Positions 1 to 13,970 of a stretch of 64,000 nucleotides of DNA are shown here, one piece after another. The first letter of the stretch is position 1, and each line of letters begins with the position of its first letter. This DNA comes from Marsupella aquatica (lineage: Eukaryota; Plantae; Marchantiophyta), in NCBI GenBank assembly GCA_973895155.1, contig OZ316898.1:19479292-19543291 (forward strand), written 5' to 3'. The notes below the pieces were generated by a model. That model was not told where the DNA came from and ran no database searches. It was given only the letters and a program-made list of their open reading frames with translations. Position numbers and translations under genes: made by a program.

Positions 1-3000
1 ATAGCTGAACCCAACGAAGAGAAGGTGTCAGATCAGGGATCGCGTGAACAGGGCGATCGGGATGGAAGTTCCTCGACTAAATTGGCAGGATCTGAAGGTA
101 AGCTTTGGCTGCCGTTAATCCAACCCGTAATGCACGTGGCTTCCATTTGCTCGTGCTTTGCATTGTTGATTAGTGAACTCTGTCAACTCCTAGTGACGAT
201 GGAGAGTGCGGCACTGCAATTTAGGTTGAAAAAATATGGTCCCGGCTTAATGAGTGCAAGCACACGCACATCCTCTGTTGTGTCATTGAGAAGACAATCT
301 GAATACTCAATTGTGTACATTCCTATAAATACTGTGAACCACGTTTCTGGTCATTGGATAATGATCAGATAGCCTTGCAATGCCGTGACCTCGAGTGACA
401 ATGTGAAGATGTGGAAGAGTGCTGCTGCCACACAGACAGTGAGTTTCACAGAATCACATTGCCTTCTATCTTCCCCTGAGCAGGTGGTCCAAAGTCTACC
501 AATCCTGCCTGTCGCAAGATCGGCTTCAGTGTATGTAATAATTGTAGGAGTTCTTCATTCACATTTGATTCGGTTTGAACTGGAATTTCCTTAGTACTGT
601 CAATTTGTGTTTTCCAGCCTCAATTGTGTTCATATCAGGGGTTTAATTGTCCTTGGTAGCCTCAGAAGTGTCTGGTATTTTGGGGAGGATTACAAACTGG
701 ACTGGAACTGGAATTTTGCTTACACGACGGCAAGTCAGGGTTGAGTACATAATGAGCCTCTGGATATTGGAAACAGATTTTAATTGCAGTGAGCTTCCTA
801 CCGGGCCCCCTTTCCCTCCGCTAGCCACTGGATTCTCTATCTCAGCAGCACTCAACGCTCGGGTGGAAAAGCTTCAATGAGGGCCATTTATCTAGCTTTC
901 GAACTTATTGGGAAGCTGGCTAGAGAGTATTCCCAGTAAAGAGTTCACCGTAGAATTCTTTAGCTGATGATGCCGTTGGCTCCTTGGCGGTATGTTCTGC
1001 TAGCTCCACTTCTATGTCATCGCCTAGTGCAAGGTGCATTCTAATTTCAGATTTTTTCAACTTACCTATCTTGACTTTCATTTCTTTCACTCAGGGCCTT
1101 CTCCAGAAAAGAGTTCAACAGATAATTTTCAATCTCCGGGGGATGAGGATCAACGAATTGCTAATGTGAAGGCAACAAAAGCTTACAGCTGCATAGAGCA
1201 AATAGAGGGGAAAATGGTAAGATCCGACGCGTTGGTTTCAGTACACTAATGAAGTATCATATCAGTGAACTTGTGGGTGTGAGGCTGTACTGGTAGAAGA
1301 TAATGAAATAATAAAAGAATCAGATTCTACCTGGGTCCGAGGGTGCGTAAACACGTTCAGACGGGGAACGGCTTCACCAAAAAAGGCCCTCTGTGTTGTA
1401 TCCTGCTCGATCCGTAAGGTTATACCACAAGTGCGAGTTTCCCCGCATGTGGCTCGTCCATGGCAATTTCTACAGCTTAATCTGTGGGTAAGGTCCTTGA
1501 GGTGAAAGGTTGGGAGAAAATGGACCACAGGAGCGATAAAGTGAGCTCCATATGAGAAAATTTTGGTGATGTCATTCACCTGTTCGATTTCCATGTGAAA
1601 TTGAAATACTGCTCTTGAGTCGAAGTCTGAATTTTGGATTAGGTGAGAGCTGGAAAAACTAAGGATGAATCTTGACGTGAAAATTCCCTTGACCGTCGCA
1701 GGTGAATACACTCGACGGCCTTGAATTGCATGAGAAAGTGTTGGACAAGTTTGAAAGCGGTCGGCTTATAAACTTTATACAGGATATCCGAGCTGCAGGA
1801 AAAAGAGGCGAACTTGGAGGCAAGATTTCTTTCTTACATGATACTAGTGTCTGTTGAAAGGAGAAGGTTTTAGTGGTCTGCTCTATGTTGAGTTCAGCCA
1901 AAATCAGACAATTGGCACCTCGGTGCATCGGTAAGCATGTTTGGTCCGTTAATGACTGGGAAGTTGCGAGTTGCGGGGCTGAGAGGAGCCCCAGTGTTCA
2001 GCGGGCATCTGTTGTAAGTGTACGAGTAGAGAGAGTGAGAGAGAGTGTTCCAACAAACTCTGCTTGTGATGGCTTGACAGGCAGTGTGTATGCTGGTTCC
2101 AAGAAAGGTGCGAAAGGAAATGGAAGAGAAACACTTCACTTTGGTCATTCCCATCATGAAGATCACAAGCGGCGGTCATCTCCTAAAGGTAATTCAATAA
2201 TCAATCAGAAGCTCGACGATCCCTGCTTTGAGTAATGTCGACCTCCGACATCAAATATGTAAACTTCTCAGCGTTTACTTTTGTTGACTAATTCCCCTTC
2301 AAAGTCGACAACAGAAAATAGATAACGTTAACTGAAAACACATGATTGTCTGAGGTACTCAACCAAATCACTTTAAAATATTTAGAGTCGGGAATTTGAC
2401 TAAAACGTTTGGACACGTAAGAAACGAATCTCAGCGACATGCTCTGACCCAATCAAATGGAAATGTCAACTTGCTTGAGAGGAAGGCTCTTCACGAATGA
2501 CAAGCGCCTTCCTTACTTCCAAAGTTGAGGCATTTGGGAGGAACGCTCGTTAAGTTTGCGATATCTTGGATGGCAATAAGTTTTGCCATCGACTGTGAGA
2601 CAGCCGTACTTCAGCCGACTTCACAGTGTGAGCAGGATGTTGGCGACCGGAATCTCGTAAATTGTCGACTCCGTCTTAGTGCTCTTCGCTGACTAAATCA
2701 TGGGCCAAATTTAGTACTAAAACAGTCCCGCCATAACATTTATCAGCATCTCAAACCTGAAGTAACTGCTTCACTGCGTGAAAGCATGTTGCTCGGTCTA
2801 AGTTTCTATGGGTCCAGATTGGCAACTAATTATTGATGGCCGATGACTGCATCCGCTAAGATCTGGAAATATCAGCAAGTTTACTTTGATCTGTGTTCCT
2901 TTGTACAGATGACTTCGTACCTCCAGTGCCCGCTTTCTTGGAGGATATCATCGATCGATTAGTAAGGTGGCATATAATACCTGCTAGCAAACGGCCAGAT

Positions 3001-5294
3001 TGCTGCAGTATAAATATTTTGGAAGAGGTCTGTGACTCTGGTGCATTAAATGTTGCGTCTATCCGTCTTTCGTCTTCTCGAGTTGTAACTCATACTGAAT
3101 ACATTTAGTAAATTGTCTTGTATTGAGGGTCCATAGTGGATTCTTTAGCTATCAATAACGGCGAATGGAGTATTGGCGCTGTAGTTGCGACGCTTGACTT
3201 AGAGGTGCTCAGGGCCCAGAAATTCCTATGAATGACTCACCTTATGATCAAGGTTTGAAAAGATGGTCTCCCTAAGGAATCTTTGTCTTGAGAACTGAAA
3301 TCAATCCAAACCGAGAAGCTTTCTTTACCTACGGAGTAGATCGAAGTGTTCACTGCCACACCTCTTCCTTTTTCTGGCAAGGAGCTAAGGTCGTCCGCTA
3401 TTCACTTATTAATGTCTCGCATGTGTGAACCTGGGATTGTTTGTTGCAGGGAGACTCTCTACCTCCACACGTAGACTATTCTCATCTGGAGCGACCCTAC
3501 TGCACTCTCGTCTTGCAATCCGAATGCAGCCTTATCTTGGGTCAGTCTCTGACGACCAGTGCTGCGGGCGACTTCAGAGGTTCTTTTCAGATGTCTATTC
3601 CAGTTGGGTAAGTCTTTTCTCTCAAGGCACAACCTAATAGTCTCCGACATTGAATTGCAGCGAGTTTTGAAGGATGCCATTAATATTTGATTTCTTGCAA
3701 GTTTTTTCGACTGCAATTGATTGATACACGGCCCTTCAATTGGAAGTTTTTACCCAAATGCTGCTACCGGCCGGTGATCTCAACCAAATTTGACGGTTTC
3801 TAGAAGACAAGCTGGTGTTAATTAGGACGCCTGTTTGATCTTGCACTGGATCGAACGCTTTCTGTACCTTCCATCGCCCATCGCCAACGGAAGTCTGTTT
3901 GGAGACAAGGAGACGTGAGGGAGTGGGTGGTTAAATTCAATTTGTCGATCTTAGAGTATGACGAACGAGATGAGGATGTGCTATCGTGTTGCATTACAAC
4001 AACTTGAGTAGAAGTACTTACAGCCAACTGCAGAGCTGATTTCCTTGATCTCAATTCATCCTGTCATTGCGTTCTTTCTCAAGAACTGACTTTTAAATTA
4101 ACTGTGTAAGTAGACGTCATCCTCGGCCAAGACGTCTCAGAGAGCAACAGAAAGGGAGGTCGATGAATTTACTTTGTTTTACGCCTTTAGGTCTTTTGTC
4201 TGAACGAGCAGAATCTCCGCTAACATGTCTTCTCCTTTTGTTTTATGTCTGTGAGCAGCTCTGTTTTGGTCTTCCAAAAAAATAGTGCGGATATAGCAAA
4301 GCATAGCATCCCTGCAGCCCAAAGCAAACGCATTGCTGTGACATTGGGGAAAATTCTGCCCTCGAGACCTGCGAGAAACTACAGCAATGCCCCATCAGGA
4401 ACTGGGATCTCCCACTTGCCTCCAACTCCAGTCTCCACTTCATGGGGTGCTTCATTTAATCACAACACCAACAACCGACCAGGGAACAACAACTTCCAAC
4501 ACAACTCTGCTAGGGCAGGTAGCGGTGGTGGATTTGCAGCACCATTCAAGTCGCATAAGTATGCCCCGGTTACATCATCGTCCCCATCATCTTCAGGTGG
4601 AGTCCTGCCTAACCCAACGGCCAGGCCACCACCACCTGCACAAATCATCACCAATGTAGCCAGTCCTGTTCCGCCGTTATTTCCTGGCACTCCTGGCCCT
4701 CCTGCTGGTGGGGCATTTCCTCCTCCGTCAATGCCCATTCCAACTTGGTCCCCTTTACCTCGACCCCCTCCACCTAGCCGACCTCCCAGTGCTGGAACTG
4801 GTGTGTTCTTCCCTTCTAGTGGAGCGTCCAGTGGGCCAGGCCGGCCAGTGAACATGGCCCCACCACGTAGATCTAGTAACAGTGTTCCTTCTGGTGCTCC
4901 CGTTCTCCAAAAAACCAATTCTGCCCCAGCTTCGTTTGCTTCACTAGAGGTAGCTGCCATTGCTGCTGCCGCTGCTACAGCAGCATCTCCATCAAACCCT
5001 CCTAGTAAGAACTCCAAATCTGTTAGTGTCATAACGGCCGGGAGTGTTGAAAAAGTAGCACCAGTAGCACTAGCAGCTAGAGGGTTGTCACCTGGTCCAG
5101 CATCAACCCAAGACTCCCATGTAGCCTCAGGAAAAGCACCCTCCTCTGATCTGCAATCTGAAGCGAACGGAGGGAAAAGTACAATGAAAGACGAAAACCC
5201 TGTTGTGCGTAGCTCAGGGCGTTCTTCAAAATCTTCAGGAGCAGGAAATTCTGGCAGGCTGAGTGCAGTCAACACTGGAGGAGGACATTTATAG
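1..5294 (+). CDS. ALKBH10: ALKBH9/ALKBH10-family 2OG-Fe(II) dioxygenase (m6A RNA demethylase-like), 5' end outside window; spliced
   Basis: Exons join in frame: <1-97, 1095-1216 (KAYSCIEQIEGKM), 1702-1819 (VNTLDGLELHEKV...AAGKRGELG), 2081-2188 (KGNGRETLHFG), 2909-3027 (IIDRLVRWHII..RPDCCSINILEE), 3450-3607 (GDSLPPHVD..RPYCTL..SEC), 4259-5294 (GSVLV..NSADIAKHSIPA..KRIAVT, then a Pro-rich tail with GTGVFFP typical of ALKBH10-type proteins). HxD...H iron ligands are present. Confidence 0.85.
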
Positions 5295-6985
5295 TGACAC
5301 AAGAGGACAGGAGATTGAGTTTCATTTTAGGCTAGGAGGTATGGTAGCATGACTAGTCCTTGCAGTCAGTTTTGAAAGGGAGGTGGGAGGAGGGAGAACA
5401 TTGTATCCATACGGGGTTTGTAGATGAGATGATACAAATTGTCCAGAGACTATTATAGTCAACAATTGACTGTTTGTGATTTTGGTTTTTGAGAGGTACA
5501 TTCTGATCGAGTTCTAAACATGTGCGGCGGGAGAGTGATAGAAAAATTGTATGAAACCTTAAAAGTTCAGTGAGGGTAGCTAGCTGGCTAGCGAGCTAGC
5601 TATTTAGAAGAAAACGATGAAGCCATTATCATGCCTAGTCATTAAGGAGGTAACCATTCTGCCTCCTTCATGATCTTTCAATTCCATTCTTTCAATCCAC
5701 TGTTGCTGCTAAACAGACGTTTGTAGCAGCCAGGATACAGACGCTCCAATAAATCATATCTTGACATTGAAAGTGGAGTATCCAACCAAAGAGATACGCA
5801 ACTCCAGGCATGATGTGGATGGTTATTCATATCACAGGAGGTCTCTTGTTCTCCTGCTGTTGCAAATATGATCGAACCTTAGCTGATGGTATTCCTTGCA
5901 TTTTTCAGTACAAACAACTCTGTACATGCATCTGTGGCTGGATATCTTTCGAAGCCTGATAGTATCGAATCAATGGATCTGCTGAAAAGGCCTTCCAACA
6001 AGGCAACTTTCTAGATTCCATCACCTCCATTTGTGATGGATTGGATGGAGTGCGTCATCTTCTGCGGTGGTCACATTTGAAGTTGCAGTCTCACATTTCT
6101 CCACACAAAACGAACTGTTTTCGAGCCTCCAGGCTGTAGCTATGGACCGCACTATCACGCCATGAAATGACCCAGCCTTTGGAGGTTTTTGATAGAATTA
6201 TCGTTATCACTAAAAGAACCACCCCAAGACTTGCCATCCAGTTTGCACTTTTTTTTGGATTACCACAACATATGGTACGGTTTACTAACTTGCCACTTTG
6301 GAACTTGACATTCTTGACATGACTTTTTAACAGGGTGTCTTACTAGGTTGTCAGATTTCTTGCGTAGTAAGTATAGTAAAATGCCACTTTCAGAATGAAA
6401 GATCTTGGAGTGAAAGATCCATCTCTTATGAAAGTCACGAGTTTTTATTTCCTGTGTGACACAAAGGGTTGTTGTGAGTGGAAGGCACGGTGCAGAATCA
6501 TTACTGGGGGCGTATTGGAAAGGACAATCTGGGCCATCAATCTTCCTGGTCTCCGATGTCAAGGGCATGGTCGGGTTCTCTCTTGGGGGCCACCGTTTCG
6601 TGGTAAAGAGATGGAACATGTTTTTCCCTGCCAGCAAGGAAGGAGTTTGAGATATCAGCCAAAGCAGCGGTTGATGTAAACGGATTGAATATCAGTATTT
6701 TATAGTTAGAAATGCTATCCTGTCCCCATCTTCGATTCTTCGGCACCTCATTGTTGGTCCCTCGCAACCAGGCAGCATTTTTCAAGTACAGCCAATTGCA
6801 GATAGAGTAAGATAGGGAAAAAAAAAAAGAGTGCTGATCAGACGAGTTGGGAGCCACTGTCCAGTCCGAGGTCGGCAAAGAATGGGGAAGGTTTCCTTCA
6901 AGTTTCATCTCAGAGAGATTTGTATAGAAAACAGTTAGTGAAGACTTTCCACAAAGATTGTACGTGAGGGCAGTGAACTAATCAA

Positions 6986-8239
6986 TCAAGACACAGGTGT
7001 GAGAACAGGTTTGCCAGAAAAGTGGGAACTAAGGTTCGCGACAACAAGTTCTGCCATAGCCTCTGATGTCTCCCATGTATCAGTCCCAACATGTGGGAGC
7101 AACACAACATTATCCATATTGAGCAACCCTTCTGGGACATGAGGCTCTCTGTCAAACACATCCAAGCCTGCTCCCGCCAGACGACCTTCCACCAACGCTT
7201 GCACCAATTCTCTTTCATCCACCACAAGGCCTCTGGCAACATTCACAAGGTACCCTTTCGGGCCCAAGGCATCCAGTATTTCACGATTTATGATTTTGGT
7301 CGTTTCCTCCGTCAAAGCACATGCAACTACAAGAACATCAGAATCCGTTGCAAGCTCTATTATGCTGCCAAAATACTTGTAGGCTAGCCCTTTCTTTTCT
7401 GATCTACTCCAATATCCAATCCTGCAGTCAAATGCTTCGGCTCTTCTGGCAATAGCTGATCCAATCCTACCGAGGCCCACTATCCCAAGTCTCTTGCCAC
7501 TAACCTGCAAGCAAATCATGACAGCCGGAGCTTCACATGAGTTTTCTATTTCGCTTGCTTTCAATTTAAGCGTCCGAGAAATAGTAAACGGATCAACATT
7601 TCTGGGCCCACTCTGAAATCCGAAGATAACTATACTTTGGATGGAGCTATCTCTGGAATCGGGTCTCTGTTTCGAATTCACGTGTACGTGGAATTACACG
7701 CTTCAGGCGCTGTGCTAAGTAATTCATGCTTGGAGGTCGAGTTTACGAGAAACCTAATTTAGACAACTGACAGACCGGAAGAAGCAGAGAGCCAGGATCT
7801 GACCACATACCTTGGTAGTCAGAGGAAAGGGCTGAACTGGCCATTCACCTTCTCTCACAAATCGGTCTGCAGCGCAGATGCGTCTCAAGGTGGTGAGCAG
7901 TAGAGCCATGGCAGTGTCTGCTACAGCATCTGTGAGCACGTCGGGAGTGTTGGTGACGACCACACCACGCTGTTTGCAGAATTGAAGGTCTATTTTATCC
8001 ACTCCCACGCTGAAGGACGCAACGATCTCCAAGTTTGGCAGCATGCTTACCAGATCCTTAGTCACCGAGCTCGATGCGTCAGTCACAATTCCTCGTATGG
8101 ATGGTCCTCTCTGGGTGAGAAACACCTCTTTCTCTGGCACTCTCCACCATTGATGGTAGGTGTACATGGACTGCAGCGTTGCGCAGAGTGGTGGGTACTG
8201 TTCAGGAGAGCATAAATCTAGCACTGCCGGTTTTGCCAT
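6986..8239 (-). CDS. HPPR: Hydroxyphenylpyruvate reductase / glyoxylate-hydroxypyruvate reductase (D-2-hydroxyacid dehydrogenase), 2 exons, about 315 aa
   Basis: Exon 1 8239-7811, GT-AG intron, exon 2 7504-6986. Motifs [34 protein letters not shown] (NAD binding), [22 protein letters not shown]. Confidence 0.93.
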
Positions 8240-8603
8240 AGCTCTACTTGCAGTCCATGAGAATGGAGAAGAAAGCTACTGAAATGGATTTATGTTCAGT
8301 TCTCCGGTCCGTTCGGATCGTAAGCTGCTGCTTTACTCGAACCCAATCCCATCTCCAAGTTGTGAAGAACAAAACTTGAAGATTGCCTGCCGGATTTGAT
8401 TCTGGATGAAACGTTGAATTGAATGGAACCCGTTTGACACAGCTTCTTCACTTCAACTTAGCGTGACTTCAAAGGCTTTTGGGACTGTCGTATGAATTTC
8501 ACATGATTGTCCAGTCTGAATTCTCACAGCCCCTTAGGGCCCAGGAATTCACCACTCGAGGCCTCTAGACATATTTATTTTCTGACCCTAAACCCTTCCT
8601 GAT

Positions 8604-8790
8604 TTTTTTAGTTTGTATGTGTGTACAAGGTTATGATTATGAGGCATTACTTTTTTTAGTTTGTATGTGTGTACAAGGTTATGAGGCATTAGTGTTTTTT
8701 TAGTTTGTATGTGTGTACAAGGTTATGAGGCATTAGTGAGGGAGTGGAATCACTGATTTGTATGTGTGTACAAGGTATGAGGCATTAGTG
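8604..8790. repeat. Tandem repeat, about 4 copies of TTTAGTTTGTATGTGTGTACAAGGTTATGAGGCATTA
   Basis: Directly visible copies upstream of the HPPR gene. Confidence 0.85.
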
Positions 8791-8942
8791 AAGTAATTTC
8801 AATTTACAATTAGCTAGGACAAACTCTTCCACATGGGAAGTCTTGCACATTAAATAGACACCGTATAGAACAGTGAAGAGTTTAGGTTTAGGATTGAGCT
8901 TGCAAGCACAGGGATGCCAGTTAGAGGCAAATTAAGCTCTTG

Positions 8943-9106
8943 TGTGTGATTTTGGAGTGAGCTGCAATCAGAACTGCTATGCAAGGGATGGTTAAAGTCA
9001 AAGCAGTTGTGTGCAATTTTGGAGTGAGCTGCAATCAGAACTGCTATGCAAGGGATGGTTAAAGTCAAAGCAGTTGTGTGCAATTTTGGAGTGAGCTGCT
9101 ATCAGA
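8943..9106. repeat. 67-bp tandem repeat, about 2.4 copies
   Basis: TTTTGGAGTGAGCTGC recurs at 8950, 9017 and 9084. Confidence 0.9.
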
Positions 9107-9188
9107 CTTGCTGTGCGCTAAGGGATATTTGTCAACTATGTGTATTTGGGCTCATAGTTTAATTGGATTCATTCCCCAAATCTTCATC

Positions 9189-9345
9189 CCTGCCAGTAAT
9201 CAACCATCAAAATGTGGTAACATACTGTGTGCACTCACTGATTTAAAGAAAATAATGTAGAGGTTAATTTTATTATGGTATGGAGTGATGTCATACACAT
9301 ACACCATATATGTCATATTTTGATGTGCAATTATCATGTAGACCC
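9189..9345. repeat. Short dispersed palindromic repeat (MITE-like), copy A
   Basis: CATCAAAATGTGGTAA...GTGTGCACTC...TTTTGATGTGCAATTA; homologous to 56790-56932 (inverted) and 61221-61360. Confidence 0.7.
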
Positions 9346-10834
9346 AATCTTCCTTGTGCATTGATCTGGTGGAATCCAAGTTTAAAGTGGCTGACAACAA
9401 GAGCACAATGTAACAGTTGGAAATACTGTGGCATGCCCCTGGGCCCACAATTTATGACATTAATAAGGGAATTTGTAGACCTGCAAATGTCCAATGGGTA
9501 TTAAAACTGATTCAAAAATTAGTATGATAATCATGAATGTTATAATCAGGGCGATATTCCCTAGGTTGAGGTTATAACTATATTACAAGCTATTTTACAG
9601 TCAGGTGGATAATTAGAGTCAATGGGGTCAAGGATGGGGCATGTAAATAGCCAATGACATGCATCACTATGATTGGGTCACATGTCACTAATTATATGAT
9701 TGGGCAAGACTCCATTTCCTTACAGTTTGGGTTTAGGCGGGTGCCATGACCTGGGGGTGACACAGTGCCTCGACCAAGTCGGGAGTGAGTTAAGTGCACC
9801 ACTCAGAGCCACACCTGGACAACTAGGATTGCTTACTCAAGGAGGGCTTACATTTGGCCCAGACCTCTGTTTGGAGACATGAGACATTATTGCAACCACC
9901 TTTTAAACACTTACCTGCTTGTTGAGGTCAGGTCCAATGACCTGATTAACCCTCCAATTGGGAGCCACAACAGAAGGCCGGGACCAAAGCTGGCAGGTAT
10001 TAATCAAAAGCATATAGGAGGGAAATAGGGAGGGGAATACACTTGTGTGGTCATCAAGAGATTGATCAAATGTTCAAAATCACTTTAAGATCCATTGCAA
10101 ATTGACCAACAGACGAAAAGCCCAAAGGTGCCCAGAAAGCAATTGTGGCACCTAAATGAAAGCAAGAGGAGACTGGTTGTCTTTTAGACAATTTAAGTAG
10201 ATATATAGCACCATATTCTGGGGCATTTTGTCTGAACTATCTGTCATGTATAGGATTTACTTTACTCCCCATCTCAAAGGTGCCTGCCTATATATGTTTC
10301 CAGCCCACTCTTTTTGAAAATCACATTTTTTAGTTGGGTGCCAACAACATTTTTTTTTGTATTTTGTCCACTAAGTAACCTAATCACTGCCACACACATG
10401 ATATCCTGGATATGGCCTAGATTATTTTATGATACCTTGATTAGTTTGTCCCAGACACAGCCTGCACACACACAAGAAGGCAGGACACACAAATTAGGAA
10501 ATTAAAGAAGGCACAGCACACAAATTAGAAAATTCAACTTTTTCAATACTTTGCCACTAAAGATGGTCAAATTGACAACACTATCATGTTTATTTTTGTA
10601 TTTACAAATACGCCACTGATGTATACAGATGACAAGTTCACAAAGCAAAGCAACCAAAGTGTGTTCAAATATAGGGTAGGACATCTGTAGTTATTTAGTG
10701 GCAATGTAGCTAAAAATAATGATAGAACATTGTAAGTCCGGTTTCGACTACAATCCCAGAAACACTCATGTCAGTATTGAAGGATTGATGCAGCCATGAT
10801 TAGATATGAAAACTGATGTCAAATTTGAGCAGAC

Positions 10835-11696
10835 CTGGTAGGAGTGACCCACGCCAATAGCCAAGAAAATGCGGCCAACGGTGATCATTGTCGAGCCCAG
10901 GGCAACGACATTCAGGATGACTCCGATCAAGAGGGAAACGCCACACACAAGCGTGGATGAGCGCCGGCTCGGCGTTGTACAGCCAGCAACGAAAATGGCA
11001 ATCGAAACCGCAAGGTAAAGCCAGGAGGTGAACAGCAGGACCTGAGAACCCAAGGAGTCCGCATCATGCTTGGCGTAAGCTTTCGGGAAAAGCTTCTGCA
11101 GGAACATGTCCTTAGACGTGACTCCTGTTCATCGACCACCCAACGTACCATATAATTCATCAGTACTTGTCAAAACCATTCCTGTCAACGAACTCTTAAT
11201 CCCAGAAGTTACCAATTGGGGGTCCAGGAAACGCCACAGACAAACTATCTCATGATTTACAAAATTCTAGCGCTCGAAGGGTAACGCACTGTCAATTTGC
11301 AAAGCTTGCAAAATTCTAGCGCTCGAAGTGTAACGCACTGTCAATTTGCAAAGCTTGCAATTCCGCAGTCACGAAAGCGGTCTGTGCAGTCTAGCGCTCG
11401 AAGTATAATGCATAGTCTATTTGCAAAGCTTGCAATTCCACAGTCACGAAAGCGGTCTATGCACAGCGCTCGAAGTATAACGCACAGTCAATTTGCAAAG
11501 CTTGCAGTTCCGCAGTTCCGCAGTCACGAAAGCGGTCCGTGCAGAGGTTTCATGAGATAGAGGAGTAACACAGACCTGAGGTCCCGAAGATGAGTTCACC
11601 GGTGGCTGCAACGATGCAAATGAGCAGCACGTATATGGTGATACTCCCATGGTACTGCTTCCCCGAAGGCGCAGCAGCAGTCGTACCTCCCGCCAT
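10835..11696 (-). pseudogene. Truncated sugar transport protein (STP/MST, MFS) - exons 1 and 2 only
   Basis: Exon 1 11696-11576 MAGGTTAAAPSGKQYHGSITIYVLLICIVAATGELIFGTSG; exon 2 11124-10835 GVTSKDMFLQKLFP...LLFTSWLYLA...VGRIFLAIGVGHSYQ|GT. Intron positions match STPs. The conserved YDIG and YCKFD segments are missing and no downstream exons were found. Confidence 0.8.
11262..11545. repeat. Tandem repeat array in the STP-fragment intron
   Basis: Repeated AGCGCTCGAAGT..AACGCA...ATTTGCAAAGCTTGCAA..CCGCAGTCACGAAAGCGGTC units. Confidence 0.85.
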
Positions 11697-11989
11697 CCTA
11701 GCTCCTCCTCCTCACGCCAGTCGCAGCTTCGACTCGACGATTTGAAGACTGATTACACTACAGCTTCGCCGATTGAAAGAGTGGAAGTACTTCTGCCTGG
11801 CTTGCAGGCTGTCACTAACTCTGTAATCACTCTTCCAATGGCTGAAATGCTCAAGAGCGAAAGCCAGAACAACTTCGACGATTGAAGAAGTGGAAGTACT
11901 CAGAAGGAGTTGAGTGACTGACACAGATTTATACTCAGGAAGAGCACGCTCCGTCTCGCACCGATCTCCCGTCCAGAAGATACTGCGTA

Positions 11990-12645
11990 GCTGAAATTTG
12001 GGAGGGATCAATCGATCGGCGACACCATCCGAGCATGACTCACTCTCGTTCATCCTGGACAACTTGAGGATCGACTCTTCCGAGCAAGACTCACTCCTGT
12101 TCGTCCGGGACACTGAAATTAAGGAGGGATCAATCAACTGGCGACACCATCCGAGCAAGACTCACTCTCGTTCGTCCTGGAGAACTTGAGGATCGACTCA
12201 TCCGAGATTCTCGTTCGTCCGGGACATGTTGAGGATCGACTCACGGTTTCTTCCTTTCAAGCCCACAACTACTAATCATTATGTTCCAACGATACTCAGG
12301 TCATTGGTTGAACTTGTGATAGGCTCCAAAAATGGCCGCCTGAATTTGGGAGGGATCAGTCGATCGGCGACACCATCCGAGCAAGACCCACTGACACTCG
12401 TTCATCCTGGACAACTGGAGGATCGACTCATCCGAGCAAGACTCACTCTCGTTCGTCCGGGACACTAAAATCAAGGAGGGATCAATCGACTGGCGACACC
12501 ATCCGAGCAACTCACTCTCGTTCGTCCTGGACAATTTGAGGATCGACTCACGGTTTCTTCCTTTCAAGCCCACAACTACTAATCAAAATATTTCAACGAT
12601 ACTCAGATCATCGGTTGAACTTGTGATAGGCTCCAAAAATGGCCC
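11990..12645. repeat. Nested tandem duplication array
   Basis: GGAGGGATCAATCGA.CGGCGACACCATCCGAGCA...TTGAGGATCGACTC subunits arranged in two larger units of about 310-350 bp, each ending GTTGAACTTGTGATAGGCTCCAAAAATGGCC. Confidence 0.85.
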
Positions 12646-13097
12646 CTTGATTTGATGTAGTGGCGTCCTGTGTAAACATCCCCCTTCTAAGACAGCTATT
12701 CATAATTTGACTAATTCCATCTACTTTGTCATGTATTTTTAGAATTTAGGCATTACTGCAACCCTTTTAGTTTTTTCATTTTCTTTTATCAGACTCCCTA
12801 ATTATACGTGTATTTAACAATTTAAGGGCATTCTTTCTTACTTGCATGAGAAGGTTAGACCCCTCAACGACGCACCTTATATGTCCATAGATTATAAAGT
12901 TTGCAAAGTATGGATCATCAGGTGTCACCTAAATAGAGAGCCCGTACAAATAGGGCAGAAAATTTAAAAGTAACAGAGGTAATCAATTTCTCTTTGAATC
13001 TATGTATACACTCATTGACTAGTACTGTTCAAATAATGCCCTTGTCTCACCCATAAAATATTGTAACTTTCTTCTTTTTCGAACTTAAAGCCTGGAT

Positions 13098-13273
13098 GGA
13101 CTGGCAGGTTGTCCATGAAGCCCCCATGGATAAAAGAAACTTGAATGGAAGGGGCTAAAACATATAAATATGCATGGATACTATTGGACTGGCAGGTTGT
13201 CCATGAAGCCCCCATGGATAAAAGAAACTTGAATGGACGGGGCTAAAACATATAAATATGCATGGATACTATT
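13098..13273. repeat. Near-perfect 88-bp tandem duplication
   Basis: GGACTGGCAGGTTGTCCATGAAGCCCCCATGG...GCATGGATACTATT occurs twice. Confidence 0.9.
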
Positions 13274-13699
13274 CTTTACTTTTCTGTCCATACAAAACAG
13301 TGTCAATGATCAAAGCATCGCTTCTGTCCAAAGATTTTCCCCGTCACTAACTCTGTCCTCACTGATGTCTTAAAGATATTTTGTCAGAGGTCAGAGCACT
13401 TTAATTGAATGCTTCGCTCCATTCCCTAAATAGAGTTCAATAAAAATATAAAGTATATTTAGGTCCTTATATAAATACTTGATTTGGCCTCTATGCTTTA
13501 TCAAACTTCGAGTATGAGTGCTTCACTTTTTACTCATAGTGCCTCAAGTAATTTGCTCAATGGTAAAATACCAAATGAACTTAATTTACTCCAAAAAATA
13601 ATTTAATGTTTATAAGCCCGGTTAAAAGGGAATCAAGTAACACAGTGACTCATTAACCAAAGGAACAATTCTGGTTAATTGTAACGTGCGAGCAAATAG

Positions 13700-13970
13700 T
13701 AAAATTTTTCCTCGCACGAGCAAAAAAAATTCCTGCATGACCCCTATTTTTCTACATGCAATTGCCTCACTATCAACTACCTGGCTGGTAACATCTCTTT
13801 TGGGGACTCCCTTTTTGCTAGCGAGCTCGCTAGCCATCTGCAGCCTTTAAAAAACACCAAAATGTAAAAGGCACCAAAAAGCAACTGAAAATTGGAACCA
13901 TTATGGTCTCGCTATCAAAATCTCCTCACTATCAAAATCTCTTGTTTGCTCGCAACATAGAATACCTCAA
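13700..13970. repeat. Dispersed repeat homologous to 31075-31350
   Basis: Shared TTCCTCGCA.GAG...CATGACCC...CTCGCTAGCCAT...AAAAACACCAAA...AAAAGGCA; contains the palindrome GCTAGCGAGCTCGCTAGC. Confidence 0.7.

Noticed and set aside
4460-5302. 280-aa minus-strand ORF
   Set aside because: Antisense shadow of the last ALKBH exon.
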